Shown here piece by piece: positions 58,729 to 58,877 of a DNA stretch of 58,877 bases. Each line of letters opens with the position of its first letter. Within the stretch, counting starts at the first letter, position 1. Position numbers and translations under genes: made by a program. The stretch spans positions 1 to 58,877 of the forward strand of contig JBCDEZ010000002.1 in NCBI GenBank assembly GCA_039179045.1, given 5' to 3'. The notes under the pieces were generated by a model, which saw nothing but the letters and a program-made list of their open reading frames with translations, was not told where the DNA came from and ran no database searches. This DNA comes from Chlamydiota bacterium (GTDB taxonomy: Bacteria > Chlamydiota > Chlamydiia > Chlamydiales > SM23-39).

Positions 58729-58877
58729 AATTATCTAAAATGTTATCCAAAATCATTTTACAAAATTAATATTAAAAAAACAAAACATTAAATTAACTTA
58801 TTATAAAAATTATAAATTCAATTTTTTACATAAATTATTCAGATAAAAATTAAATTGTTTTTTTATTTGTTTTTTCG
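58729..58877. other. extremely AT-rich, low-complexity tract at the window end
   Basis: ~150 bp consisting almost only of A/T, with reiterated AAAATTA/TTATAAA words and no ORF. Continues beyond the window edge. Confidence 0.6.

Noticed and set aside
1-58877. Search for CRISPR arrays, rRNA genes, restriction-modification or toxin-antitoxin modules
   Set aside because: No regularly spaced direct repeats, no rRNA-like segments and no nuclease/methylase/helicase defence-type ORFs were recognised anywhere in the window.

Overview
The window reads as a 58.9-kb chromosomal segment from a member of the phylum Chlamydiae, probably an environmental or Chlamydia-like lineage rather than Chlamydiaceae proper. 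Intermediate GC (not computed) and several insertion-sequence footprints fit that picture.

Bases 2.5-17.7 kb hold a minus-strand block whose gene order matches C. trachomatis CT087-CT098: malQ, scc1-like chaperone, copN, cdsV, cdsU, ychF, ribF, truB, rbfA, infB, nusA, rpsA. The CT-number assignments are from memory.

Bases 18-29 kb are housekeeping genes. They include rpe, a YvcK-like protein, a HAD hydrolase, efp, accB, accC, tRNA-Asp and tRNA-Val, surE, a Na+/solute symporter, a TtcA-like PP-loop ATPase and a SEC-C protein.

From tRNA-Thr and tRNA-Tyr at about 29.7 kb onward the window becomes accessory in character.
- A degenerate, gene-poor 2-kb stretch carries a solo IS-end repeat.
- Two predicted outer-membrane beta-barrel proteins follow, one of them Cys-rich.
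- A flotillin gene comes next.
- An apparently intact IS903-group insertion sequence with a 9-bp target-site duplication sits beside a lipase-like alpha/beta hydrolase.
- A tandem pair of HtrA-like proteases follows, in which the first copy has lost all three catalytic residues.
- Further genes encode a SET-domain protein resembling known chlamydial and Legionella methyltransferase effectors, additional outer-membrane proteins and porins, OppA, two histidine phosphatases and a secreted hydrolase.
- A type-II NADH dehydrogenase is fused to a C-terminal cyclic-nucleotide-binding domain.
- The segment closes with ArfB, MscS and an EmrAB-type efflux pair.

Two points stand out. The ribF gene encodes only the FAD-synthetase half and ends exactly where a decayed DDE transposase relic begins. 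The same transposase family leaves a C-terminal fragment at the window start and a solo-end copy 30 kb away.

No CRISPR array or rRNA gene was found.
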